From Thalia democratica (lineage: Eukaryota), in assembly GCA_965202585.1 (NCBI GenBank), contig OZ241827.1, positions 67,518,001-67,582,000 of the forward strand: a stretch of 64,000 bases of DNA, in the 5' to 3' direction. The notes beneath the pieces were generated by a model, which searched no databases, had not been told where the DNA came from, and saw nothing but the letters and a program-made list of their open reading frames with translations. A program made the position numbers and the translations under genes. Positions 1-13,100 of this stretch are shown piece after piece (position 1 is the stretch's first letter; each line of letters starts with the position of its first letter).

Positions 1-1406
1 GAAAACATTTATGTTCACTTAAGTTTTAAAACTCTTTATTAATAAAATGAAATCAATATCAAAACTAAATTAATGGTTGCTTAAGAATTCGTTTCAATGT
101 TAGATAATTTCAATAATAATTTTATTAAAAAAAACACTTATTTGTAAAATTTCTGCAGTAGTTAGTTACTACAGATGCTTTTTAAAGTTTTAGATTAATA
201 TTTGATCTATCATTTACAATAAGTTTCTCTAAAGTATAAAGTTTTGTTTTTTATTTAGTCCAACAAAATATTTGAACATTCAAAAATTTTTTAGCTGTTG
301 ATAAATAGCTTTTTTTAAACTATAATAAACGGTTTGAAACTAACAAGCTCTTGCTATTTTAATGTTGACAAAGTTTAGTATTCGGTATCTATGCTTGTGT
401 TTTAACTTACTTATGTTTTTGTGTCTAAATTGCAAATCAAAACTATAGGTTTTTTTGTATTTAAGAGTTGTTTTAAAACAATTTACAACTACCCATTTTG
501 ATATTTTGATAGAACTAAAGTTGTTAACAAAACACATAGTCGTATTTTTTAATGATTCCAAGAAGCTCAAAAAAAAAATTTTGTACTTTTTAATTGAGTC
601 TAGTTGGACAAGAAAGATCACTTATAGTGACAAACTTAAAATTAATACTTTATTTTTAAGTATAGTTTCAATAACTATAAAGCTTAGAAAAGTAAAAATT
701 ATGATACCATTAGATTGAATGAAACTTAACTTTTAACAGCTGATCTTAAAAAAATACAAAAAGAAATGCTACAACAAATTAAAAAGATTCTTTTCTTCTA
801 AAAATGTATTAGATGCTACTTTAGATATAAAACTTTGTTAACAAGAGATTTTTTCATCAGGTTTTTTTTTTCATACTTACTGGTAAGAAAGTTATCTACA
901 CTTTGTTTGAAAATATGCAAAAGATTACTGATTTACTTGGCTTATCCAATTATTTTTGAAGTTTTATCTTTTAATGTCATTAAGTCTAAAAATGTTATTG
1001 TTTCTTTTCTGCTTTCTTAAGTTTTTTTCCTTGTTTTTGCACTATTTTTTTTCTTTATACTACTTAAAAAACCTAAACAAAGCTTTTGTTTCAAACCGCT
1101 GTATATAAACTAAGGTTTTTTTACACTGTAACAGCTAGTATACCAAATGTTTCATTTTATTTTAGAAGTTAGATAAGTAAAGAAAGTAACTGATTGTATA
1201 GTTGTTGTTCTTTAAATTTCTTCTAAAAAAAACTTTTTTTAAAGATTTATACAGTTTGATTTTACTTGTGTTAAGTTCTTTTATAAACTGTTAAAACTTT
1301 AGAGAAATTCATTGTATAAAAAATATGCCAATCATCGAACAATTAAGCCACTGTTTTTATTGCAATTACAAAACTTTGTTCTTATGAACTTACACTAAAC
1401 CCGCAG

Positions 1407-4400
1407 AGAAGTGCAACACTTATCGGGCGGTGAACTGCAGAGGTTTGCAATCGCTTACACAGCAGTGCAGAAAGCTGACGTTTACATGTTTGACGAACCC
1501 TCCTCTTATCTCGATGTCAGGAAAAAGTGTGTGTCTGAAACTAACAAATGGAATTAATTTGATATATAATAAGTATTACGACAAAGATAATTATTCAAAA
1601 AACTTGTAAACATTAATTTCTATCAGATATTAAACAGATTGTACTTACCATGCTTACAACTGTTCAACAGACTGAACGCAGCCAAGGCTATCAGATCCTT
1701 GTTGGAAGACGACAATTACGTCATAGTGGTGGAGCACGACCTGTCGGTTTTGGACTACCTGTCGGATTTCGTGTGCTGCTTGTACGGGAAGCAGGGTGCG
1801 TTACACTTCCCTCCAGCGTCAAGGCGGGCATCAAAATGTTCCTGGACGGTTACGTGCCGAGCGAGAACTTGCGCTTCAGAGAAACGAGCCTCACTTTCAA
1901 GGTTTCTTGCGTTCTACTTGAAGCGTGTAAATAATGCATGCTGTAATATAAATTTAAAGTATAGAGAGTGTTTGTGTTAAAAAACACAAGTAATATTATT
2001 CTTAGCACTGTCATTATGATCTTTTTGATTAAGTGGTTCGCTCGCAAAAACTCTAACCTACAATTTTAGTAAATATAGTTTTCATTACGTATTTAAGTTT
2101 ATATTTTTTGTTGAACAAAAAATAAGTTTTATAGTAGACTATTGAATTACGTTTCGTAAGAATTAGTATATGAAGTTTTTTTTTTTATGTAAACTTTATT
2201 TATTTGTACTAACAATAAAAATGACTATACACCAGAGTAAAGTCTTTTTAAACTTAACAATAAAAATGTGAGCAACATAATTCAGTGAAAAGGCTCAACT
2301 GCCAAATAAAAGAATAACATTAAAACTCATACCGATATTTTACACAAAACTTGCTATTAATATTCACTGTGTGTCTTGCAGGTATCGGAGTCGGCAGACA
2401 GGGAAGATGCAATTAAGAAGAGCTACAGGTACAAGTACGGGGACATGCGGAAGAAGATGGATGATTTTGAACTGAGTATCAATGCGGGGGAATTTACCGA
2501 CAGTGAAATTGTCGTCATGCTCGGAGAGAACGGAACCGGGAAAACAACTTTCATCAAAATGCTTGCTGGTTGGTTAATGAATTAATTAAATACTTGATAT
2601 TGTTTCAAAAGCAAATAGTTTGGATATGAAATACAGCTTCCTAATTACTTTAAGCTTTATGCTGCATAAATTACAATTAATAATAACTTTCGGCTTCTCA
2701 ACTTCTTCTAAACAAGATCACTTATGATGTTTTAACCTCTGCAGGTAAATTTGAATCTGATTCAGGCGATAAGGTACCGCAACTCAGCATCAGCTACAAG
2801 CCCCAAAAAACATCCCCTAAATCGAAAGGAACCGTGGCAAACCTACTAGCCAATAAAATCAGGTAAGTTTTATCATAAAAGACAAACCATTAAGTGTACA
2901 AATACAGGTTACTAAAAAATAATTTACTCCCTAAAAGTTTTTAGGCTTACAATTTACTTTTTGTAGTATCTTCACAACAACCTTTTTAATTTGCCATTAA
3001 AAGCAAACACTAAAAATTATCGAAACAGTTTAGAAGAATCAATCTAGTGTATGTAGATCTGTTTCTACATTACCTCATTGGGTCAAATAAAATATCGAAA
3101 TATAGTTAAAATGTTTTACAATTAACTTAAATAAATAATACAGGTCAGCTTACTATGACTCTCAGTTTAATACAGATGTAATGAAGCCAATGATGATTGA
3201 CAAAATTAAAGACCGTGATATTCAAAATCTTTCAGGTTTTTGAACTTTTTTTAAATATTTTTTTTTAATTCAATATTTATATTCTTGGTTCAAATGTTAG
3301 ACAAATATTTTTGTATAACTTAAATATTTCTACCTTTATTTACTACTATAGTTATCTAAAAATAGGGTTAATAGTTATGAAATTTATATATTATAGCTAG
3401 AATGTAATATGGCTATATATTGTTTACTAGTACATAGTCTACAATATTAACTATAGACTAAAGTTTTTCTTCTGTTCATAAGAATGTTATACCTATGTTA
3501 GCTCTTGTTTACTTAATCATGATTAAAAACAAAAGTATTTGTTAAAAGAAGGCTTTAAATTATCATCAAAAGATAATTATATTACACTTTATAGTTTATT
3601 TTTTTACACGAAGTAAAATGCAAAGAGTAACATTTATGTAATGGTAAATAACATAATGTTTATAATTTTTAGAAAATAAAAACCTCTATTGACAGTAAAC
3701 TTCAAGTCACTGCGTAGATTTTAATACATTTTATTACCTTCAATTTTATATTAACAGGAGGTGAACTGCAAAGAGTAGCATTAGCATTGTGCCTCGGTAA
3801 ACCGGCTGATGTTTATTTAATCGATGAACCTTCAGCTTATCTGGACTCCGAACAGCGTATTGTTGCTGCCAAGGTTATATATAAATTTTTAGACCAATAC
3901 CTTACAAATACTTTAAGTATTTATTTCTTTTGTCTGCTTACAGTATTCTACAAGATTACTGTTGTTGCAAAATTTTTACGTGACAGAATTATTTAAGTTA
4001 TTTTATTTTACACAATCTAACTTTTGAAACCCTTACAAACTATGAAACTTTTAATAAAACGTTCTTATTCAATGACATAATTTAGTTTGTCAAATACATT
4101 TGAAGGTCTAGAGTCATAACTGTGTTAAAACTTTTTCAATATAAAAGTAAGAAATTTAAAACTTTTGAATGATTCTATGAAAAAATCTCGTAGTTACAAT
4201 CCTTTCTATTCAAAAATCTAGTTTATCAAGTAACAATAAATATAACATGTTTTAGACTATAAAAACTTAACAGATTTTTAGATTAAACTTACTTATTACT
4301 TAACTGTTAACACAGGTGATCAAACGCTTCATATTGCGCGCTAAGAAGACAGCATTTATTGTTGAGCACGATTTCCTGATGGGAACTTACTTAGCTGATT

Positions 4401-5041
4401 CTGTCATTGTATTTGAAGGTAATATTGGATGATACTGACAAAATTGTAATTAAATTAACGGCAAAATATTAAGAAGTCGTAGACACGTTTGTATTTAATA
4501 AACGTAAATTACCCATTAATTCTTTTCCAATATAAAACTTCTTTTCATATACTTTGAAAAAAAAATAAAATTTGCTTATTTTTTTTTTACTTTAAACAAT
4601 TATAACTTACAGGCACTCGTTCAGTTAAAACTGAAGCATTGCCACCTCAGTCTCCAGTTAACGGTTTCAACAGATTTTTAACTTGTCAATTACCTTTAGA
4701 AGGGATCCTAAGAACTTTAGGTTTATTTAAATTTTGAAATTAAATGGCGTCTTCAAACAGTGAAAATTTTCTTTTTAATTTTTCTGACATGCTGTGTCGT
4801 TGGATAAAAACATCTTCACAAATGTTTGAAAAATTTTAAGACTGTTGTTTTTATTAGAAAAGGGCATCAGAAACCGATAGAAAAATTTAATGAAACTTAT
4901 ATTTGACTTTATGTTAACTTATCTCGCCAAAACTTGTATTTTCCACTATCAATCAGGCCTCGCATCAACCAGGAGAACTCTGTGAAGGATGCCGAGCAAA
5001 AAGATTCAGGACAATATTTCTTTGTGGAAAATCGACAATGA
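1407..5041 (+). pseudogene. ABCE1: ABCE1 (RNase L inhibitor / RLI1 ribosome recycling ATPase), intron-containing copy with two frameshifts; 5' exons not visible in window
   Basis: Nine GT-AG bounded exons: ~1407-1525 ([37 protein letters not shown]; both boundaries uncertain), 1671-1901 ([46 protein letters not shown]), 2382-2568 ([18 protein letters not shown], Walker A), 2745-2862 (SYKPQK), 3144-3235, 3758-3873 ([34 protein letters not shown]), 4316-4418 ([18 protein letters not shown]), 4613-4720 (ITFRRDPKNFR), 4957-5041 (PRINQENSVKDAEQKDSGQYFF, stop TGA 5039-5041). Frame breaks at ~1800 (about 10 nt missing, GA[YGVV]TLP) and ~4680 (about 4 nt missing before LSITFRRDP). Confidence 0.88.
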
Positions 5042-5770
5042 GAGAAGTGCATCGAACACTGGAGGCGCAATACAAGAGAAGGAAGGGATCGGACCAATCA
5101 GGAGGAAGTTATTGAAGTTTCACATTGATAGTTTTCTTCTTTCAAGAACTTTATGCAAATTAGTATATAGCTGAAGGATTCTTTTTTAAATTACTTTAGT
5201 TTATTAGCCCGCATATTTGTTCTGAAAATTAGATAAAACTAGTATGTTATTAAAAATTGTAACATTCGACTATTATTCTGCATTTGATGAACGGTAGTAG
5301 TATTTATTGTGTCAATAAATTATTAAATAAAATACTTAGAGTTCTTTCTAAAGCTGTGCGGTTTAAATACTAAAATAAATCAATAATTAATATGAGGACC
5401 AAACTTATTTGAAAGTCAGCCAACACATAATCTTTAAAAAGAATTTGTGGTATCAGTTTTTTCAATCTAATACTATTGTAAAATTACCATATGCAACTAC
5501 ACGACTGCTTTCAAACATTAATGGTAAGTAGTATAGTATTATGGTTACGAATATGCTTTTTAACAGTACACGGAAAACTTTTAATTTGATTGACAAGTGA
5601 AAATTATCTTTTGAATATAAGTTGAACAAATTTGAATAAAATCCAATTATAATCAATTAGTTTTTCAGCTGTTTTAAGTTTGTATTGATTTCTTTTAAAC
5701 AGTTTCAAACTAACTAAAAACTTATTAAGTAAACTAAAGACAAAATATTGTATTTTAAATAATGCCGACG

Positions 5771-5818
5771 GTGTGTGACGTCGTAAGTGTGTGATGTCAT
5801 AAGTGTGTGACGTCATAA
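5771..5818. repeat. 3 x 16-bp tandem repeat GTGTGTGACGTCATAA
   Basis: Units at 5771-5786, 5787-5802 and 5803-5818; the third has a perfect TGACGTCA and the other two are one substitution away. Confidence 0.9.
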
Positions 5819-6342
5819 GGTAAGATCAGCAAAGTATTAAGCCTCTGAGAATTATAAAATGTAACTAAAACTTATTTTCACAAAATACAAAAAAGTAATA
5901 AAAAATGAAAGAACGATATTTTTGAGTTTAAGATACTAGATTCAATATATAAAGCTTTGTTGTTTTCTTTAAGTTAACGAAAGTAAGTTATTTTCGTACT
6001 AGAGTCTTAAAAGCATATAAATATGGAAGTAAATTAGTCAAGTAGTTTATTAAATGTATTGTACTACGATTTAGTTGTACAGTTTTATTAAATACTTATA
6101 ATAATATTTATTTAAAACAATAGAAAGAATAATCTTTGACTTTTATTTGAAATCAAAAATATGTTTTCTTCATGTTTTATGCACCACATAACTTAAATTT
6201 TACAAGACATTCGACTAATAAAATGTTAAAGCTGGAGTTATGCGTACCTTTGATAAAAAAAAAATTGAAGTAAAAATTAGAGAAGAACAAAAAATAAATT
6301 TAATCGTTAATTTAGTGAGCTTAAAAATTTGTAAGAATTATG

Positions 6343-6489
6343 ATCTACCGGATGTCCGAAACCGGCTGTTTTTGCTTTGAACTAGAACCGGCCGGATCCT
6401 CAAATTAAAAGAAGATCTGTACCCGGAACCGGCCGGATCCTGGTTTAAATTAAGCCGGGCCTGGATCCAGTTAGTATGGAAAGACCCTG
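6343..6489. mobile_element. GC-rich MITE remnant with repeated GAACCGGCCGGATCC motifs
   Basis: Two copies of gaaccggccggatcct plus related motifs, ending in a hAT-like terminus GGAAAGACCCTG; the other terminus was not found. Confidence 0.4.
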
Positions 6490-7593
6490 CTTTCTGCGAC
6501 CAGCTTCTTTCAGCCTTATATACTTAGATTATTGTGGTTTGAATATTTGATATATATATATATATTCATTTAGTGAAGCGAAACAGACTAATTAAATTAT
6601 AGTTAATCAATCATTTGTTGTAAGAACGCAGGTTCATACAGTATCTTATCATAAAGTTATTAAGTTCTCATCTTAACTATGACCATGATTTAATCTACTT
6701 TCGATGAAAACTTGAAAATCTTTTGGACTAGATTATTTTTTAAGTTTTATTATGATAAATTTAGAGAGATATGATTTGGTTCTTCTTTAAAATAACTAGA
6801 AATAGGTTTTACTCTGGGTCATGTTACTTAAGATAATTCAGTAGTTTTGTAAATTTAAAGGTTTTTAAAGTTTCCGAAAATATACACTTATAAACTTAAA
6901 AATAATTTAAGAAAAACTTAATTGAACTCATTTATTTCAATTCAATTTTTTTAACCATATTTTTTGACAAAAACGTGAATTTTGATAATGTTGAAAAGTT
7001 AGAAAAATTATAAAGCATTTGATAAAACTCAAGATGACTCAGTACAGTTTCATTGGCAAAAAAAGTGGCAACCAGACTTGTTATAAATAAAAGATCACTA
7101 ATTCTAGCTGTTTTTGGGGATTTACCAAAGGAGTTTTAAATCTCACATTAAAAGACAGAAACTACATAGCTTCATGAAATATAACAATAAACATATAAAA
7201 ATAGTTCAAAAGAAACAAAAATAAACATGTTAATGATAATATTTTTTTACTTAAAGTTTATTTTATAATTTTCTAATTAAATTTTAAAAATCTTGTTTTA
7301 GCAATTTTATTTTACTTAAGTATTTGAGTTTTTAGTCTTTATTTTTCATTGAAAAAATAGAAAAAGTGCTTTAATACTAACAACTATTCATAAAAATTAA
7401 GCAAATTTAGCAGACACGTTGTTAAAAATACAGTTGTTTATCTATTTGTTTTTTATTGTTTTATCTAATGCAGGGGTCAGCAGGCATTTGGTTCTTGCGG
7501 GCAAAACTTAAAGTTTTAAAATTTTCCGCGGGCCGCAGTTATAGTTTTAGTCAGTTTTTTTTACGGTTTTAGTCACATTTAGCTACTTATAGG

Positions 7594-8256
7594 GGTAGCT
7601 GTCTAATTTGCACGAGCGTACAAAATTGCAGGAGGGGACAAAATTGCACGAAGTTGCACGAAGATACTTTTGCACGAAGACTAATTTGCACGAGGGCACA
7701 AAATTGCACGAAGATAAAATTGCACGAAGACACTTTTGCTCGAGCAGACATTTTTGCACAGAGACATTTTTTCACAGGTTATTTTTTTATTTTCTGTATC
7801 AATTTATTTTTTTGTTAATTTAGTCTTTTTTATGCTATCACTGTTACCTCTAAACCTTACCTTCTGTCAGTAGGCTATTTCTTTTTAGTTTTATTTATTT
7901 ATTTTATATTAGAATTTTTTTTAATATTCTTTTTTGATTCGTACTTCTAATTTTTATTTTTTTCATTTTACTATCACTGTTACCTTTAACCCTTACCCTC
8001 GGTCGGTAGCTTCTTCTTTTTTTAATATATTTTTTTATGATAACTTTAGTTTGCTTTTGTTTTTACTATTACTGTTACCCCTAACGCTAACCCTTACAGT
8101 AGGTAAGTAATTTTTTTTTCTGTTTTTTTTTTTTGTATTGTTTTACTCTCGTGCAAAAATATAACTCATGCAAAATACACCCTTGCAAAATTGTCTTCCC
8201 TCGTGCATCCTTGTGCCCTCATGCAATTTTGGCTTCGTGCAATTTTGACCCGTCCC
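7594..8256. mobile_element. Mutator-type non-autonomous element (MITE), inserted in an older CAGGGG-type MITE remnant starting ~7471
   Basis: 9-bp TSD ACTTATAGG (7585-7593 and 8257-8265); imperfect TIRs; many subterminal TTGCACGA(A)G / CTCGTGCAA motifs in opposite orientation at the two ends; three internal CTATCACTGTTACC..AACCCTTAC units. Confidence 0.8.
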
Positions 8257-8539
8257 ACTTATAGGGGTCTGGCCTATTTAAAATCTATTTTTAGTTTAGA
8301 GTCTAATAGCAATATTTAATAGAATACTTATATCCTAATATTATTTCTAACTTTATTTTTAAATTTATTTAAATAAAATATCAATTTGTTCTTTTCATTA
8401 CCACCTAACTCATTAACAATGAAATAAGTTATCTGTCAGATATTTTGTATTTAAAAAAAAATACACGATACACAGCAATAAAAGATCAACTACGAACACA
8501 GTGATGCAATAATAATTAATAAAAATTTTTCTCTTTTTT

Positions 8540-9170
8540 CTAGTCTTTTGCATTTTGTAGATAGCCATTTTACGTAGTCATTTACAAGTAACTCTCACTA
8601 ACATCTGTAAAAACTAAGCTCAAAAAACAGATGTGGAACACTTTGTACACTTTTATTATAACCAACTTCTACTTATTTAGTTATTGTTTTCTCTTTAGTT
8701 GTAAAAAATAATCTTTATATATTTGAAAGATTGCACAGCACATATTTAAATTTTCAGTTATTTTGTTAAGTTAACTAAAATATAAACAAAACATATATTG
8801 TTTTTTTTTTTTTAAACAGCATAAGTTTTTCTTTAAACCCTTTAAATACTTTAAACCCCTAAAGGTATGCAGTGTCTGTTTTGTAATTGTCTTTTTTAAA
8901 TGTGGTATATAGTAATGAATCGTCTGCGAATTTTTACACATTTAGACTGTTGTTGTTTTGAAAATCATTTATATATACCAAAAACAATTGTGGTCCCAAC
9001 ACAGAACCCTGTAGAACTCCTACTTCTACACCCTATTATCTGATTCATGCCCCCCAAAATTAACAAATTGCTTTTGTTAACTAAAAATAGTTGAACTATT
9101 TTTACTGTTACACTTTTTAGAAATAACAATAAGTTGAATGGTAATGTCAGTTTTTTCAAGTGATTGTTTT
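8540..9170 (-). mobile_element. Degenerate non-LTR retrotransposon (LINE, CR1/Jockey-like) reverse transcriptase fragment
   Basis: Minus strand reads KQFVNFGGHESD..VEVGVLQGSVLGPQLFLVYIND (~8965-9080) and KFADDSLLY (~8905-8935), i.e. RT motifs G(VP)QGS.LGP.LF..YIND and FADD, broken by frameshifts and stops. Confidence 0.8.
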
Positions 9171-10179
9171 AAATTGCATAAAAAATAAACTCTAACCCTG
9201 TTTTAAGTAAAAATTTTGATATGATTTTTTTTTTTAATTTTTATAAAATTGTTTATAGAACCTTTTATATGACTTAATTCATTCACATTTTTCACCCATT
9301 ATCATATTTAAAACATAAAAGGTAATTAAACACTGGAGAAACTTAAGTAATCGATGACTTAACTTTATTTGTTATAAATAAAAATCTGCAATCTAAATTG
9401 AGAAATGCATAGTAAATACTTTAGTTGACTTGTATTTTTAGTTATTGCTTTTTAATTACTTAGATAATATAAAAAAAAATTTAGTTCTAAAGTCAAGCTT
9501 TGTGAATTTAATTTCTTTTTAAACGTTTTAAAACACATTATTTTTTATAGTTACAATAAGTTACATCATAAAGTATAAGGTAACCAGCTATTTAACGACT
9601 TATTATGTAATTTATAAATAGCTTTTATATAAAAATTGATAATATCTAAGATTAATTTATGTTATATGTAGTTTATGAAAACTGAGATATATATGTTATT
9701 AATCACTTTCACTTCTAAAGCACCGGACAAATTGTAAAAACGAGTTTTATTATATGCTGTAACAACTTTAGTTCCTTAATAAATATATTGTAAGCAACTA
9801 AAGTTTAGACATTAGAATAACAAAATACCAATACATTAACTGGTTCTAACGGGAAAAATCAAGAATTTATTAGTCGCGTAAAACATAATGACGTAATAAT
9901 GCAGTTTTCCAAAGGAAATTTATTTTCACTTAAACTATTCATTTGTTAGAAATTTTGTTCAAAGTATGTTGTTCTGGTAATGATGAGAATTTACTTGATT
10001 TATTAAGTTTTACTATTTAGTTTTAAAGTGTTTTAACCACTCCCTCATTCTAATTTGCACTGGACATAATCTCCATTAGAAGTTCTAATAAAATCTATAT
10101 TCTGTTTTTAAGTATCCCCTTTACAGAGATTATCAAAAACTTTCATTATTCTGTATTGTTTTTAAAATATATGCTTTGT

Positions 10180-13100
10180 AGGTAACAATGTATTTTCAAT
10201 AATGAGTCTGAAATACTTTTCAACCACCAAGCAAAACATCAACCACTTGAGCATATGCTATATTTTTTATTTAAATAAAAATAAGAACTAGTAAAAGTTT
10301 ATTTAGATTTATACAGTTTGATCTGGTTTTACATGTGTTAAGCTTAGAGTGTTTTACAGTAGAAGTTATTCTCACTATTTTGTAGACAAATGCAACTGAA
10401 TCACTAGGAATATTTAACTTTTTTCTTGTTTTGGGCAAACTTTCCACCATTTTCTGGGTTTCCACCTGGTACTTATCAGTTTCTTCTTCCTTCATTTCAT
10501 AACAACATATACATTCTTTGATGCAGTTACACATTGATTTAAAACTTTCAGCCAATTCTGGATTTCGTTCTGCTATAACTCACATACATTTTTCCTATAT
10601 CATTTTTGTCAAATTTGAGTTATACCAGTGCAGGTCAAGACATTTCTTTTTATTTTGCAAACTAATTTGCTTTTGTTTGTAGCTGTCATCATCAAAAGTT
10701 ATCCATGTTCTACTCTTTGAACTATTTAAAATTTCATTGTTTTTTTTTCTTTGATACACTCTGAGTATTAATATTGTCTGAATTTTGTTCAGCCCTTATC
10801 CATATACTTTTTTTGTCAGTTTCTCTTTTTGAGCTACTTCTGCATTTAACATTACAGATTAACATTTTTTATGATGGTAATTTCGCTGACATTACATTTT
10901 TGCTTGGTATGTATTTCGGTCTGCCAATTTCAAAAAACTTTCCGGCCATGACTTTTTGGAGCTGGTAGAAAAGTCAGCTAATTTAGCATCACATATTGAA
11001 ATTTGTGATCAAACTCTTATGATTCATAACACTTTCCTCTACATATTCATCATAGATACGGGGTAACTCTGAATTATCAATACTGTAGCCTTACAGCCGA
11101 TACTTGATTTTGCTCTAACTCGCATACTTATTTTCCTATATCATTTTTGTCAAATTTGAGTTTTTTGTGAACAAACTCTACGAGAGGATGGATCTTGGAA
11201 GCTGAGGTTCAAATTTTCTGCTGTCTCAGTAACATGGTTTTTTGACAACAGTTGCTCAAGTTTTAAGACATTTTTAATTGCTTTTGAATTAAAATGATTC
11301 TGAATGAATTGGTCTTCATTGTACCTACAACCTAAATGTATTCAAACTTCTTTGGTTTGAGAACCAAAATTTTATTTCAACGATCTCTTAAGTTTTATTA
11401 CATTTTCCTGCATTAGTTATGTTAGTTTAAAGATAGGTAAAGCAATACATAAACTTTTTTTATTATGTAATTTTCTGTTTTTTGAAGTATTATTTCTTAT
11501 AGTATCTATGATATAGGCGTAGCACAGATTAATTTTGGAGAAGTGTCTAAATTTAGTTGAATTCACACATTTTTTTCTTTATTTACAATTTTAAAATTGT
11601 ATCTTTAAACAGTAGTCTGTATTGCCTTCTAATCGATTTTCTGATATAACAGTTTCAGATAAACCATTTCCCAAAAACTAGTTGAGCTTGTACGCAGTAG
11701 TTCGATCCAACTTTTTGTCTCATTCAACTGAGATTACATTTAAAATTTTATAAGTTAAAACAGAAATATTATCACTCGACATAAGTTGGTGTACAAACCT
11801 TGAATATCTGCAGCTACTTAGTAAACATTTGTTATTAAAATTGTTTTTTCACTTAGCTAAATCTTCCAAATTGATTTAATGTTTTTGCAATAATCGTTTA
11901 CTTAGATTTTACATAAGTTTATTGTTATTCGTCCGAAAGTAGTTCTCTTTTTTTCTGGCTTAAGATTTCAGTGTACAATAGTTTTCTGACCAACTACAAA
12001 TAGTGGCTTCGAAGAAACTTTCTTTTGACCTTATCTCTGTTTGTCGTACATTGTTTGTGATTATAGCTTCTTATTACTGCAATGTTGAATAATTTATAAA
12101 ACGTTCTCCATTTACACTAGGTTAAAATAAAAACAAAATAGTTTTCTGAATAAACAGTTTTTATTTTTGTTTAGTCAGTTTTTTGTAACAACTATTTTTT
12201 TATCTTATTAGCATTTTTGAAAATTAAACTTATTTTTTGTTTAATACCAAGGGTTTTGGTGGGAAAACTTTTGAATGTAGAAGTCGGTTGTACGGGAACA
12301 AATAACAGATCAGAAGAATTTAATAAATTAATAGGCTGTTTTACTATTTTAAAGAAGTTTGGGAAAGTCTTATCGTTTTTATTCGAAGAATTTTCCCTGG
12401 TTTTACAAAATTCCAGAATTTTATTAACTTCTAATAAGTTAATGTTAGTTTTTTCTAACAGAAATACCTGGTCTGAAGGGCTAATACCTTTCAATACAAC
12501 TTCTATCTTCTCTGTTACCTGTAGAAAACAAAAGCTTAAGTTATTTCATTTCGAACATAACACTGATAATTCATTCTAATTCAAAAGTTAGTATTCAAAT
12601 CAAAAACTTTTTTTTTAAACTGATTTTCATGAAAATAAACTTATCATTTGGTTGTTACTTTTTAATATTTTATAAATTTTTTATCATAAGATTTTTTTCT
12701 TCCTAATCTTGCCTGCTTTCAACTATTTGATGTCGAGGTTCTTATCGCTGGTTTTTACGATGACGTTGAAACCGGTAGCTTATAAATAACTTACACAGAA
12801 TGTAAGTTTTATTTACAGTAAACCTTATTAGACCTTTGCCTCTTTGCAAGCTCTTCAATAGTATTCCGAGTACCTTAAATGTCATAGTGGAACACTTAAA
12901 TTCTTTAGTACTTTCGATTTAACTTTTGTGATGGCTTCTTGCTGTTTTCCACCGAAGGTATCTTCTTCTTCCAGACAGCCTCTTCAAATTTCTTCTGTTC
13001 TCTTTCATATATATTTTTTTGCTTACTTGAGCTCAACCTTGTTGCTTCGAAAGCAGAAAGGCGAATTTTTTGATTTTAGCGGAGGCACTCTCGATTAGAC

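Noticed and set aside
1-1400. Upstream ABCE1 exons or small ORFs (340-621, 455-718, 835-1020)
   Set aside because: No ABCE1 motifs (Fe-S cysteines, first Walker A, KPQYVD) were found; the ORFs are low-complexity AT-rich chance frames.
7960-8110. TAACCCT motifs as interstitial telomeric repeats
   Set aside because: They are isolated single motifs within a dispersed MITE unit (also at ~48615 and ~54305), not tandem TTAGGG.
8965-9159. ORF ..LLILGGMNQ.. as a Kelch repeat
   Set aside because: A neighbouring frame gives clear LINE RT motifs (QGSVLGP, YIND, FADD).
12217-12579. 120-aa plus-strand ORF as a real gene
   Set aside because: Non-ATG start, no recognisable motif or splice context; it lies antisense to the decayed minus-strand coding block.
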